This document shows, in pieces, positions 38,814 through 50,045 of a stretch of 60,995 nt of DNA; the stretch's first letter is position 1, and each line of letters opens with the position of its first letter. The notes under the pieces are model-generated. The model saw only the letters and a program-made list of their open reading frames with translations. It was not told the DNA's origin and made no database searches. Both the position numbers and the translations under genes were made by a program. This DNA comes from an uncultured bacterium (lineage in GTDB: Bacteria; Methylomirabilota; Methylomirabilia; Methylomirabilales; 2-02-FULL-66-22): positions 1 to 60,995 of the forward strand of contig CAZNWB010000008.1 of NCBI GenBank assembly GCA_964576535.1, read 5' to 3'.

Positions 38814-39304
38814 GCGCCCTCCGTCTCCGTCGCCAGCTCATCGTGGAGCGTGATTACCCGGCCGATCTCGTAACGCCGGCTGCCGTTCGGCGTCCGGATC
38901 TCCACGGGATCCCCCTCCCTCCGCCCGAGGAGGGCCTGGCCCACCGGCGAACCGGGAGAGATCCAGCCTCGCCCGGCATCCACCTCTTCCGAGGCGACCA
39001 GGCGGTAGGTCTTTTCCTCGCCCGTCTCCGGGTCCGTCAGATGGACGGTACTCCCGAAGGCGACGCGATCCCGCGGGATCCGGGACAGATCAATGCTCGA
39101 AAGCTCGGCGATCCGGCGCCGGAGGAAGGCAATCCGGGCGTGCAGGAAACCCTGGCGGTCCTTGGCCGTCTCATATTCACCGCTCTCCCGGAGGTCTCCC
39201 AGCTCGCGGGCCTCGCGAATCCGCTCCGGGATGTCGACCTTGAGTTCCCGCTCGAGGCTCGCCAGCTTCTCCTTCAACCCGTCCACGATGTGATTCGTCG
39301 GCAC
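38810..39304 (-). CDS. greA: Transcription elongation factor GreA/GreB
   Basis: ARELGDLRESGEY, VAFGSTV, ISPGSPVGQALLG; GTG start after GGGAGG. Confidence 0.92.
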   Translation of the reverse strand: MPTNHIVDGLKEKLASLERELKVDIPERIREARELGDLRESGEYETAKDRQGFLHARIAFLRRRIAELSSIDLSRIPRDRVAFGSTVHLTDPETGEEKTYRLVASEEVDAGRGWISPGSPVGQALLGRREGDPVEIRTPNGSRRYEIGRVITLHDELATETEGA

Positions 39305-39337
39305 CGCTGACCTCCCCGTGCACTTCGCGGATTCAAG

Positions 39338-39556
39338 CGTACGAGAGTACGAATGTACGAGCGTACCAGGCAGACCTCGCAACCGCCCCAGCAGGTTTCC
39401 TCACTTTCGTCGTACCCTCGTACCTTTGTGCGCGTTTCGTATTCCAGCCAATTCCGCACCCCTTTCCCCCTGTCGTGGTCAGTGGTCCGTAGTCAGTAGT
39501 CAGTGGTCCGTGCTCGCGTAGTCTGCGACCGCTTTCGCACCTTCGTACGCCTTTGC
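39338..39556. repeat. Composite spacer: inverted period-8 CGTAC repeats, period-7 CAGTGGT tract, and a dispersed repeat shared with 54973-55100
   Basis: cgtacgagagtacgaatgtacgagcgtac ... cgtaccctcgtacc; 39435-39509 matches 54973-55047 at 70/75. Confidence 0.8.
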
Positions 39557-39568
39557 CCTTCCAGGCTT

Positions 39569-41023
39569 CTAGCTGGAGCGGAGCCCCTGGGCAAGGCGTT
39601 CCAGCACCACCTCCCGCCCCAAGAGCGCCAGGACGGGAAAGAGGGGCGGGCTGATCGTGGTGCCCGTGAGGGCAACCCGGATGGGCTGCGCCACCTCCAC
39701 GAGCTTCTTGCCCCGGGCCTCTGCCAGCCGGCGGATCGCCTGCTCCAGCGCCTCCGCCGAGAAGTCCGGTAGATCCGCCAGCACCCGGCACGCCTCCTCC
39801 AGGAGGACCCGATGCTCCACAGTGAGGAACGTCGCCACAGCCTTGGGGTCCCGCTCCCTTGGTGGGGCGAACAGGAAGGCCATCGAGCGGGCCAGCTCGA
39901 GCAGGGTCTTCGAGCGCTCGACGAAGGGCGGGATGGCTTGTGCCAGCCAGGCCCGCCCCCGCGCCTCCACCGCTTGGCGCTCCACGCCCGCCGGGCCCCA
40001 GAACGGCGCCAGCAAGTCCCCCAGCCGCTCCGGCGGCGTCTGCCGCAGGTAGAGCGCGTTCAACCAGTCCAGCTTGGAACGGTCGAAGATCCCGGGAGCA
40101 GCCCCCACCCGCTCCATCTGAAAGGCCTTGACCAATTCCTCTCGGGTGAAGACCTCTTGGTCCCCGTGAGACCAGCCAAGACGAACAAGGTAGTTGACCA
40201 GGGCCTCCGGAAGGTAGCCTCGATCCCGGTAGGCCTGCAGGGCCACGTCCCCGTGGCGCTTGCTCAACTTCTCCCGGTCGGGGCCGAGCACCAGGGGGAT
40301 GTGCCCGAAGACGGGCAGGGGATATCCCAGGGCCTCGTACACCAGGAGCTGCCTCGGGGTGTTGGGAATGTGATCGGCCCCGCGGATCACGTGGGTGATG
40401 CCCATGAGCGCATCGTCCACGACCGCGGCGAAGTTGTACACCGGCGTCTCGCGCTCATCCGATCGGACGATAATGAAATCCTCGATCTCGCTGGCCGAAA
40501 CCTCGATCCGCCCGTGCACGAGGTCGTCCCAGCCGACCCCGCCCGCAATGGCCACGTGGAAGCGGATGGCCTGCCGTCGCCCCGGGAGAGGCCCGTCGGC
40601 CCGACAAGGGCAGAGGTTCCGGGAGACCTGCTTTGCAGACCGGGCGGCCTCGCGCCGCGCCGCCAGCTCCTCCGGAAGGCAGGTGCACGGATACGCCTTG
40701 CCCTCGCGGACCAGGCGCTCCGCATGCTCACGGTATAGCGCGTACCGCTCCAACTGGCGGTACGGCCCCACGGGCCCGCCCACCTCCGGACCTTCGTCCC
40801 AGTCGAGATTCAACCACCGCAGCCCGTCCAGAATCGCCGCAACCGCCTCCTCCGTCGAACGCTCTACGTCCGTGTCCTCGATACGAAGAAGCAGGACCCC
40901 CTTCTGCCCCCGGGCGAACAGCCAGTTGTACAGGGCGGTCCGAACGCCACCCACGTGGAGAAACCCGGTAGGACTGGGGGCGAACCGCACGCGGACCTTT
41001 CCAGGATCTGCGGCAGACGACAT
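39569..41023 (-). CDS. gltX: Glutamate--tRNA ligase
   Basis: RVRFAPSPTGFLHVGG, LRIEDTD, KLSKRHG, NYLVRLGWS. Confidence 0.96.
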   Translation of the reverse strand: MSSAADPGKVRVRFAPSPTGFLHVGGVRTALYNWLFARGQKGVLLLRIEDTDVERSTEEAVAAILDGLRWLNLDWDEGPEVGGPVGPYRQLERYALYREHAERLVREGKAYPCTCLPEELAARREAARSAKQVSRNLCPCRADGPLPGRRQAIRFHVAIAGGVGWDDLVHGRIEVSASEIEDFIIVRSDERETPVYNFAAVVDDALMGITHVIRGADHIPNTPRQLLVYEALGYPLPVFGHIPLVLGPDREKLSKRHGDVALQAYRDRGYLPEALVNYLVRLGWSHGDQEVFTREELVKAFQMERVGAAPGIFDRSKLDWLNALYLRQTPPERLGDLLAPFWGPAGVERQAVEARGRAWLAQAIPPFVERSKTLLELARSMAFLFAPPRERDPKAVATFLTVEHRVLLEEACRVLADLPDFSAEALEQAIRRLAEARGKKLVEVAQPIRVALTGTTISPPLFPVLALLGREVVLERLAQGLRSS

Positions 41024-41244
41024 CACATGTCCTTGCGGGGCGAATCGTTCGGCCGTCGGACGGTTCGCCATACCTGCCGGGGCCTCGACGGGCTGGTCAT
41101 TCTTGCGCAAGGAGGCGCACGGGTCAAGAAGAACCGGACCGTGTCAGCGGAACCCAGAGATGAGGCTGGGTTCGACGGGGATGACAATCGCGGCCCGGGA
41201 GGGATCGAGGGCCGCCGCGGACCGGGCCAGCGCAGCCTTGTCCA

Positions 41245-41425
41245 CCCCGATCCGAAAAAAGAGGCGAGAGGAGAATCAGCATCTCCCCTCTATGCGAGCT
41301 CCCCTGAAGGGAAATACCAGTAGCCCCCTCTCGGTGTCCTGAGGGCCCCGCTGATCTATGCCTTCTCCACCGCTCTCTCGGCGTCTCCACAGGGAATTCG
41401 GCCTCAGCGGAATTTCGGATCGGAG
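41245..41425. mobile_element. MITE-like element, copy 1
   Basis: CCCCGATCCGAAA ... TTTCGGATCGGAG terminal inverted repeats; colinear with 60650-60829. Confidence 0.7.
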
Positions 41426-41857
41426 TTCATTGGCCGAGGTCTCTGGGCGGCACGACGACTGAGTGCTGGATTTCATACATCCGTATCAGGGTGCCCCCGA
41501 TACGGATCGCCCTTTGCCAAGGGCGTTTCGTGCAGGGTTGGCTGGCGCCTCCCCTAGACGAAATGATGACATCCAGTACTGAGTCCTTGACAGCACCTCC
41601 TGGCAGGGGCTAGAGTTCCGCAGTCGGAAGCCCAGCCACCCCAGGAACCGCGAGGACGGGCGAGCGACTTTTCACTTGCCTTGAAAGCGAGCGCTTGAAT
41701 ACAATCCAACTCATTGAAGCGTCAGCCGACAGTCATGACCCTCCGGCCGAGCGTCTGCCCGCCCCTGAAACGCCGGGAGGGCTGAACGCCGGAGGGAATG
41801 AATCCACGCCGTGAATTCCGGGCCTATTATCATTGCTGGCCAAAGGAGTGCGAAGAC

Positions 41858-42958
<1,101 letters not shown>

Positions 42959-43180
42959 GACCAGGGGTCGGCGCTCCGCCTGGCAAGCCTCTCGTCGCCC
43001 AGCGGGGGGTACCCAACCCACCCGGGGGGCACCCGGTTGGGTCCGGGACGGGCGGCGCCACGGCCTCGATCCGGTGACGAGTCCCGACGCCCTGTGATCC
43101 CGCCACGGCGGGATCCGGTTCGTCGGGATTTGTTTTGGCCATGGGGAGCGCGCATGGGCAGCTGTGGGGATGGCGATTCG

Positions 43181-44977
43181 ATGAGCAGCCCGTCGCCCGG
43201 CGCCTTTGGCCGGCACGGCGAACGCTGGGCCCCCCTGCTGCTGGTCGCCGGAACGGCGATTTTCTACCTCGCCCGCCTGGGACTGGCCGGCTTGTATGAT
43301 CCCAATGAGGGCATGTATGCCGAGATCCCGCGGGAGATGGTCCTCCTCGGGGACTGGCTGACCCCCCGCTTCAATTTCATCCGGTACTTCGAGAAGCCGC
43401 CCCTCCTCTATTGGCTCACCGCCCTCGCCTACCAGCTGTTCGGCATCACGGAGTTCTCGGCCAGGCTGGCGACCGCCCTGGCGGCCACGCTGGGCGTGGG
43501 CGTCGTGTACGGGATCGGCCGGGACCTCTGGGGAAGGCGGGCCGGCCTCGTGAGTGGGCTGATCCTGGCGACCAGTTTCGGCTACTTCATCTTCAGCCGG
43601 ATCATCCTCACCGATATGCTGTTCACCGCGTTGCTTGCCGCGACCTACTGGGGGGTCTTGCGCGGCCTTCTTGGCGAGACGCCCCGCCGGATCCCCATGC
43701 TGCTGGCTTACGCGGCCATGGGCCTGGCCATCCTGACCAAGGGGTTGATCGGGCTGGCCTTCCCCGTGCTTACCCTGGGAAGCTTCCTCCTCTTGACCCG
43801 CGAGTGGCGACTCGTGCGGCGCCTGGAACTCTTGCGCGGGGGCGCCGTGTTCCTGATCGTCACGGCCCCCTGGCACATCCTGGTCGGCCTGAAGAACCCC
43901 GGCTTCTTCTGGTTCTACTTCGTGAACGAGCACCTGCTGCGCTTCGTGGGACGACGGCACCTCCTGGATTACGCCCCCATGCCGCTCTACGCCTTCTTGA
44001 TCATGGTGCTGGTCTGGACCTTCCCGTGGAGCGTGTTCCTCCCGGTGGCGCTGCGGCGCTCCTGGCACCGGTTGCGAGGCACCCGCCCGGGGGAGCGGGG
44101 GCTCCTCTTCATCCTGCTGTGGGCCGCGTCGGTGATCGGCTTCTTCGCCCTGACGCCGTCACGCCTGGAATACTACTCCCTGCCGGCATTCCCGGCCCTG
44201 GCGCTCGTGGTAGGGCACCTGTGGGAGACCGAGATGGCCTGGCGTCGCGGCCGGATCCTCGCCAGCGGCCTCTCGTACAGCTGCTTCGGCCTCCTGACCA
44301 TCGCCGTCGGGCTGCTCCCGACACCCTGGCTCTTCCCGCGCCTGGAGAACGTCTCCCTGTACAACATGTTCACCGCCATGGATGCCTACTCCCGGGACAT
44401 CCAGTACGGAATCCTGTCCAACGCCGAAGTCTACACCGTGCCGTCCTACGAGGAGCTGGTCCCCCTCCTCCGCTGGGCCACGCTGATCCTCCTCCTGGGG
44501 GCGGCCGCGGCCACCCTGTTCTGGCTTCGCCGGAGGCCTGGCTGGACGCTCGCGTGCCTCGTGGCCAGCATGGTCCCCACCCTGACCTTCGTCCAGACCG
44601 GGATCAAGACCTTCGAACCCCACCGCTCCATCATCCGGCTGACCGATGTGATCTCCCACGAATCCCGGCCGGGAGATGAGATCATCATCGAGGGGCCGTA
44701 CGAGAACTTCGCCAGCGCGAACTTCTACACGGGGCGGCGGTCCCGGGTACTCCACGGCCTCTTTGGGGATCTGGAATTCGGATCGCGCTATCCCGAGGCG
44801 CAGGGGACCTTCCTGGAGGAGGAGGAGTTCGTGAGGCTCTGGCGGGGGGCGGGGCGGGTTTTCTTGCTGACCGACTCTCCCGCTCGGCTCAGGAAGCTCG
44901 AGGCCCTGGACCCGGAGCCTGCCGTGCTGGGCCGGAGCGGCAAGAACTGGCTGTTTTCCAACCGCGCGGGCTCATGA
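43181..44977 (+). CDS. arnT: ArnT-like glycosyltransferase family 39 (start uncertain)
   Basis: D.NEG.YAEI.REM, YFEKPPL.YW, LTKGLIG, multi-TM. Confidence 0.85.
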   Translation: MSSPSPGAFGRHGERWAPLLLVAGTAIFYLARLGLAGLYDPNEGMYAEIPREMVLLGDWLTPRFNFIRYFEKPPLLYWLTALAYQLFGITEFSARLATALAATLGVGVVYGIGRDLWGRRAGLVSGLILATSFGYFIFSRIILTDMLFTALLAATYWGVLRGLLGETPRRIPMLLAYAAMGLAILTKGLIGLAFPVLTLGSFLLLTREWRLVRRLELLRGGAVFLIVTAPWHILVGLKNPGFFWFYFVNEHLLRFVGRRHLLDYAPMPLYAFLIMVLVWTFPWSVFLPVALRRSWHRLRGTRPGERGLLFILLWAASVIGFFALTPSRLEYYSLPAFPALALVVGHLWETEMAWRRGRILASGLSYSCFGLLTIAVGLLPTPWLFPRLENVSLYNMFTAMDAYSRDIQYGILSNAEVYTVPSYEELVPLLRWATLILLLGAAAATLFWLRRRPGWTLACLVASMVPTLTFVQTGIKTFEPHRSIIRLTDVISHESRPGDEIIIEGPYENFASANFYTGRRSRVLHGLFGDLEFGSRYPEAQGTFLEEEEFVRLWRGAGRVFLLTDSPARLRKLEALDPEPAVLGRSGKNWLFSNRAGS

Positions 44978-44984
44978 AGAAAAG

Positions 44985-45090
44985 CGTACAATCGTACGAG
45001 AGTACGACTGTACGGGAGGATCGCGAGAGGCGAACCAATGCCGCGGGCCATCCGAACCCGTACATTCGTACCTTCGTACTCTCGTACGCC
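44985..45090. repeat. Inverted period-8 repeat (GTACGAGA / TCGTACCT)
   Basis: gcgtacaatcgtacgagagtacgactgtacggg ... cccgtacattcgtaccttcgtactctcgtacgc. Confidence 0.8.
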
Positions 45091-45128
45091 GTTGTTCACT
45101 CGACGACGAGCTGCACGAGGCTCGTGAG

Positions 45129-46046
45129 TTAGTCGACTTCGAAGCCGGCGGGCATGGCGACCGTCCCGGCACGGCCGCGGACGGGCCGGCGGACAACCTC
45201 GACGACCGGGACGCGCTCCTCCCCCTCGGCACGGACGTGCTCGGCCAGAACCTCCAACGGAAGGCACCGCGCCCCCTCCGCCCGGAGCGCCGTGAGCAAC
45301 CGGTCCGTCACCGCCTGAAACCCTCCGCCTTCCATCTCGGCGTGCAGGGTGAGGACACCCCGGGCTTTCCCCCGAAGTTCCCGGCGCACCAGGGCGATGT
45401 ACCCGTCGCCGTCCAGGCCATCCATCCCCAGGGCCTCATCCAGCGTGGGACACGTCGTCGGGAGCTGCAGCGTTCGGAGGGCGCGCCCGGCCACCCGCGG
45501 AAAGAACGGCTGCGTGCCCCGGGTGTCGCTGGCGTAGGTGAAGCCCGTCTCGTCGAGGGCCCGCAGGCTGGCCACGCTCACCTGCCAGCCCGGCGCTCCG
45601 AAGCCGCGGGGGGGACGGCCCGCCACCTCCTGATAGACCGACACGGCCTGCCCGATCTCTTCCCGGACCGCCCCCTCGTCCATCCGGTGCACGCAATCCT
45701 GCCACCGCCGGTGATCGTAGCCATGCACGGCCAGTTCGTGTCCCGCCACAACCACCTGTCGCAGGAGCGGGGCCAGGCGGCGGCCCGCATGACGCGACGG
45801 CAAAAGCGTCCCGGAGAGAATCGTTCGGAGGCCGTAGGTGCGAACCGCCCGTGTCCTCCGCATCTTGGCCAGGAACCCCGGCCGAAGGAGCCGCAGGACG
45901 GCACGACCGGTTGTATCCGGCCCGAGGGCCACGAAGAAGGTGCCCCGGACCCCATGCCGATCCAGAAGGCCCAGGAGGGCTGGGACCCCGACCCGGAGGC
46001 CGTCGAAGGTGCAGACGTCAATCTTCAGGCCGACCGCGATACTCAT
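45129..46046 (-). CDS. arnD: ArnD-like deformylase (polysaccharide deacetylase family)
   Basis: LKIDV.T..G...GVP, GPDTTGRA, HGYDH..WQ, PTT.PTLDE, TLHAEMEG. Confidence 0.88.
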   Translation of the reverse strand: MSIAVGLKIDVCTFDGLRVGVPALLGLLDRHGVRGTFFVALGPDTTGRAVLRLLRPGFLAKMRRTRAVRTYGLRTILSGTLLPSRHAGRRLAPLLRQVVVAGHELAVHGYDHRRWQDCVHRMDEGAVREEIGQAVSVYQEVAGRPPRGFGAPGWQVSVASLRALDETGFTYASDTRGTQPFFPRVAGRALRTLQLPTTCPTLDEALGMDGLDGDGYIALVRRELRGKARGVLTLHAEMEGGGFQAVTDRLLTALRAEGARCLPLEVLAEHVRAEGEERVPVVEVVRRPVRGRAGTVAMPAGFEVD

Positions 46047-46109
46047 CGGACAAACGGACGGTCCTGATGGAAGAAGAGCGTACGAACGTACGAATGTACG
46101 CCTTTTGCT

Positions 46110-47072
46110 TTATCGTCCATTCCCCGCCTTGAACCAATCGATCGTCTGGCGGAGTCCCTTCTCCAGCGGCGTCTCGGCCTCGACGCCGAAGATCTCCTGC
46201 ATGCGTTTGACGCAGGGGACCCGGCGGGGCACGTCCTCGTAGCTCTCCCCGTACACCGCCACCTGGGGCACGAAGACGATCTTGGACGGGGACCCGGCGA
46301 TCCGAATCATGGTCTCTGCCAGTTCCAGGATGCTGGTCTCGACGTCACTGCCCACGTTGAAGATCTCGCCCACCGCGCGGTCGTTCGTCCCCGCCTCGAT
46401 CGTGGCGCGGATGGCGTCGTCGATGTAGGTGAAACAGCGGGTCTGGGATCCGTCCCCGATCACCGTCACTGGATCACCCCGCAGCACCTGGCCCATGAAG
46501 ATGGTAATGACCCGGCCCACGTCGATCTTGTCCAGGCGGGGACCGTACACGTTAAAATAGCGCAGGACGACCACGGGGAGCCCCAGGCGGTGGTAGGCGA
46601 AGCAGAAGTGCTCCGCCGCCGCCTTGGAGGTGGAATAGCACCACCGGTCAATCCGCGTGGACCCCAACACCCGGTCGTCGTCCTCGTGGAAGGGAACCCT
46701 GGGGTTCCGCCCGTACACCTCCGAGGTGGAGCTGAAGACAACCTTGCGATTGTGCTTGTAGGCCAGCTTCAGCACTGCCTGGGTGCCGTTGATGTTTACG
46801 TTCAACACCTCGTAGGGATCGGCCACGTAGTGCTCGACCCCCACCACGGCCGCCAGGTGGTAGACCAGATCGGACTTCAGGATCAGGCTCTCCAGGATCT
46901 CGGTGTTCAGCACCGTATCCCGGATGTAATGGAAGCGGGGGTTCCCGAGGTGGTGGCGAACCTTGAGGTCACCACCGATATCCAGGATGCTGACGTCATC
47001 CCCGCGCGCAAGCAACGCATCAGACAGGTGCGATCCCAGGAAACCTGCCCCGCCCGTGATCAGGATTTTCAA
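46110..47072 (-). CDS. NAD-dependent nucleotide-sugar epimerase/decarboxylase (ArnA C-terminal-like)
   Basis: ITGGAGFLGSH, STSEVYG, RWCYSTSK, TRCFTYIDD. Confidence 0.88.
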   Translation of the reverse strand: MKILITGGAGFLGSHLSDALLARGDDVSILDIGGDLKVRHHLGNPRFHYIRDTVLNTEILESLILKSDLVYHLAAVVGVEHYVADPYEVLNVNINGTQAVLKLAYKHNRKVVFSSTSEVYGRNPRVPFHEDDDRVLGSTRIDRWCYSTSKAAAEHFCFAYHRLGLPVVVLRYFNVYGPRLDKIDVGRVITIFMGQVLRGDPVTVIGDGSQTRCFTYIDDAIRATIEAGTNDRAVGEIFNVGSDVETSILELAETMIRIAGSPSKIVFVPQVAVYGESYEDVPRRVPCVKRMQEIFGVEAETPLEKGLRQTIDWFKAGNGR

Positions 47073-48049
47073 GTGCCTCTCCTTCTCTCTCCGAGGACTT
47101 CCGGCGTCGATGATTCGAAGTGCATCACACGCCCTTTCGGCAATGCGGCGAAAAAGGCGGCTCCATCGGTCTCCGGTCCACCGTCCGCCTGCAGCCGGAG
47201 CACCTCCAGGATTCCCTGCCCCGTCGCCACGTCGAGCGCCCCATCCTCTCCAACTCCCAGGATGGTTCCGGGGGGCGTCTCACACGCCTGCGCGCCAGGC
47301 GGGAGGGCGGACCACAGAAATACCCACCGGCCATCTTGGAACGTGAATGCCCCCGGGAACGGATGGGTGACCGCGCGGATCAGGTTGTATATCTGCCAAG
47401 CCGAATGCGACCAGTCAATGAGCCCGTCCCCTGGGGTCCTGCGTCTGAACTTGGTCGCCGCGCCGTGGTCCTGGGGCGTCCGCGGCGCCCGACCCTCCGC
47501 GATCAGAGGGTACATCTCCCTCAGGAGGGTCTGGGCGGCCGCCGTGAGCTTCCGCGAGAGCGTCAGGGCCGTGTCCTCGATAGCGATGGGCACGGTCCGC
47601 TGGGCGATGATGTCGCCATGGTCTGCCCGGGCATCCATGTGATGCAGGGTGACGCCGGTTGTCGTCTCGCCTTGCACCAGCACCCAGTTTATGGGGGCCC
47701 GGCCCCGGTACTTCGGCAGCAGCGACCCGTGCAGGTTGATAGCACCCAGGCGGGGGATCGCCAGGAGGGCCGGGGAAAGCAGGTGTCGGTAGTAGAAGGA
47801 AAAGATCAGGTCAGGCCGGATGCCGCGAACCTCTTCCACGAACGCCGGCACGTTCGGATCGTCGGGGGTATGGACGGGGATGTCCCTGGAGGCCGCCAGC
47901 GCCGCCACCGACCCGAACCAGATCGTCTCTCCTGGATCATTGCGATGGGTTACCACGGCCACCACGTTCGCCCCCCGGTCCAGGAGCTCTTGGAGGCACG
48001 CGACACCCAGGTCGCTGTAACCGAAGACAACGATCCGAATGGCGTCCAA
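47069..48049 (-). CDS. arnA: Stand-alone UDP-L-Ara4N formyltransferase (ArnA N-terminal domain)
   Basis: VVFGY..LG, W F.SV, FSFYYR, NLHGSLLPKYRGRAPINW, RAVTHPFPGAF. Confidence 0.85.
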   Translation of the reverse strand: MDAIRIVVFGYSDLGVACLQELLDRGANVVAVVTHRNDPGETIWFGSVAALAASRDIPVHTPDDPNVPAFVEEVRGIRPDLIFSFYYRHLLSPALLAIPRLGAINLHGSLLPKYRGRAPINWVLVQGETTTGVTLHHMDARADHGDIIAQRTVPIAIEDTALTLSRKLTAAAQTLLREMYPLIAEGRAPRTPQDHGAATKFRRRTPGDGLIDWSHSAWQIYNLIRAVTHPFPGAFTFQDGRWVFLWSALPPGAQACETPPGTILGVGEDGALDVATGQGILEVLRLQADGGPETDGAAFFAALPKGRVMHFESSTPEVLGERRRGT

Positions 48050-48064
48050 TCTCTCAGCAAACGG

Positions 48065-48123
48065 CGTACGAGAGTACGAAAGTACCTATACAATGCGGAA
48101 TGCGGAATGGGGAATTCGGAATT
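48065..48123. repeat. Period-8 GTACGAGA tract plus period-7 AATGCGG arm
   Basis: gcgtacgagagtacgaaagtacc; aatgcggaatgcggaatggggaattcggaatt. Confidence 0.8.
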
Positions 48124-48136
48124 GGGAGGGAGGGAT

Positions 48137-48499
48137 TCACGAGCGACCCCGAGCAGTTCGAATGGAAGAGACCGCAATCGCTAGAAGCTCGTTACCCTCG
48201 TTCACCAAGCCGTCCACCTCTATCGGCAAGAAGAAGCCTGCTCCAAGGGAAACCTCAAGCCAGTAGAGCGTCTCGTCCAGCTCCTCTTCCACGATTCCCA
48301 TTTTCGAGACAAAGTCTGCCCTTGATCGCGCTCGGCAGGCAGCTCGGTAATTCGCCCCGGCAGAGGTCCCTGACTTGACCATCTGAGTCCCAATAACCCC
48401 CGCCGTCCTTCCCGGGGGAAGTTTTTCCGCCAATCGGATAATCGCCAGCCCAAACTGCTTCATTCGCTCCTTCAAACCCTCCACATCGCGATCCCGCAT
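48137..48499 (-). CDS. Four-helix-bundle protein (23S rRNA intervening-sequence protein/Avd-like family)
   Basis: Q..KSGTSAGANYRAACRARSRADFVSKMGIVEEELDETLYWLE; start MRDRD. Confidence 0.92.
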   Translation of the reverse strand: MRDRDVEGLKERMKQFGLAIIRLAEKLPPGRTAGVIGTQMVKSGTSAGANYRAACRARSRADFVSKMGIVEEELDETLYWLEVSLGAGFFLPIEVDGLVNEGNELLAIAVSSIRTARGRS

Positions 48500-48522
48500 C
48501 GGCCGTTTAGTCCCCTTTATCA

Positions 48523-48605
48523 CTCCGCATTCCGCAATTGAGTACCCTCTGAGTGCCCCCCATTTGCAGTCATTCCGCATTCCGCATTCCGCATTCCGCA
48601 TTCGA
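48523..48605. repeat. Period-7 CATTCCG arm, inverse of 48092-48123
   Basis: Four perfect CATTCCG units at 48571-48598 plus ctccgcattccgcaatt. Confidence 0.85.
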
Positions 48606-49571
48606 TTCGTAAACCCTCTGGACAACGTACCTCGGCCTCTTCCGGACCTCCATATAGATCCGACCGATATACTCGCCGATGAGCCCCAGAGCCAGCACCT
48701 GGATCCCGACAAAAAAGAAGAGCACGGCAAAGAGCGTGAAGACCCCTTCCAACTCGGGACCCACCAGCAGGCGGCGGAGCAACAGGAATCCTCCAAACCC
48801 CAGGCCCAAGAGGGCGATGCCCATGCCCGCCAGGCTGACGATCTGAATGGGAAGCAGCGAGAACCCGGTCATGAGGTCGAAGTTCAGCCGGATCAGCCGG
48901 AACAAATTGTACTTGGACCGCCCGTTGGTCCGCCGGTCGTGAGCCACGGGGATCTCTGCTGGAGTCGCGGCGAAGGTGTTGGCAAGCGCCGGGATGAAGC
49001 CGGAGACCTCGCTGCAGGTCCGCAGGACGTCCACCACCTCCCGCCGGTAGGCGCGCAGCATGCAGCCGTAGTCCCGCATTTCCACCCCGACGACCTTGGA
49101 GGTGAGCTTGTTCACCACCCAGGAGAGCAGCCGGCGAAACGCGTGGTCCTGGCGATTCTGGCGCCACCCACCCACGACATCGTGGCCCTCACTGATCTTG
49201 TCCAGCAGCCGAGGGATCTCCTCGGGCGGGTTCTGGAGATCCGCATCCAGGGTCACGATGACGTCGCCCCGGGCATGGTCCATTCCGGCGAACACGGCCG
49301 CATGCTGGCCATAGTTCCGGTTAAGCTGGATCACCCGGACCACGTCGTGTTTCTCCTGCAGGCGGCGCAGCAGCTCCAGGGAGCGGTCGCGGCTGCCGTC
49401 ATCCACGAAGATCACCTCGTATGGATGGCCGAGGTCCGCCAGCACCGGCTCCAACCGCTCGTACAGCGGTTCCAGATTCGGCTCCTCGTTGAAAACGGGA
49501 ATGACGACAGAGACGGCGGGGGCGGGAGGTTTCGCCCTCTCCTGGCTTGGTGAAGGGGTATCTGAGGTCAT
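48570..49571 (-). CDS. arnC: Undecaprenyl-phosphate L-Ara4FN transferase ArnC-like (GT2)
   Basis: SVVIPVFNEE, VDDGSRD, RNYGQH.A, TLDADLQNPPEEIP, DYGCMLRAYRR, GEYIGRIY. Confidence 0.9.
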   Translation of the reverse strand: MTSDTPSPSQERAKPPAPAVSVVIPVFNEEPNLEPLYERLEPVLADLGHPYEVIFVDDGSRDRSLELLRRLQEKHDVVRVIQLNRNYGQHAAVFAGMDHARGDVIVTLDADLQNPPEEIPRLLDKISEGHDVVGGWRQNRQDHAFRRLLSWVVNKLTSKVVGVEMRDYGCMLRAYRREVVDVLRTCSEVSGFIPALANTFAATPAEIPVAHDRRTNGRSKYNLFRLIRLNFDLMTGFSLLPIQIVSLAGMGIALLGLGFGGFLLLRRLLVGPELEGVFTLFAVLFFFVGIQVLALGLIGEYIGRIYMEVRKRPRYVVQRVYESNAECGMRNAE

Positions 49572-50045
49572 CTCAGAACTTCCTCGCTAGGAATCCTCTG
49601 CACCCAAACGCTGGTCAACTTCCCGAAAAAGGCCGCCGGATTCTACTTCACACGTTTCGCGGGTGTCAAGCCGACATCCCACGTTGAATCCTCAGCATTT
49701 CCAGGCGGTTATGGAGGGTCCGGCGATCGGGCGGCATTCAGGAGGTCTTTTCGGGAGTCGCCACATGCTGGGGGGGGTCTTGGGGGGCGCTTCGCGCGCC
49801 GTGGGTCCGACGGGTGTCCCTGAGTCTAGTCTCGACAAGCTGTGGGGGGCGGCCACAAGGAGGGCCGTCCCGGTCCTCCGCGAAGGGCGAGCGCTTCTAG
49901 TGAGGTTGGAGCGGGGCTGGATTCAGGGGAGGTGCAACGGGTCAGGCGTGCTTCTCGGTGACGACGTTGCCCAGGACCAACAAATCAAGATCCTGCAGAC
50001 ATAGCTGACCTAGCCAGTTGACTTGAACCCAGACATTGTAGTTGG

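Noticed and set aside
48137-48499. Diversity-generating retroelement suggested by the Avd-like fold
   Set aside because: No reverse transcriptase and no TR/VR pair with adenine-specific mismatches in the window
49663-50004. 113-aa ORF between arnC and the exporter, and ORFs in 6540-6869
   Set aside because: No RBS, motif or codon bias support
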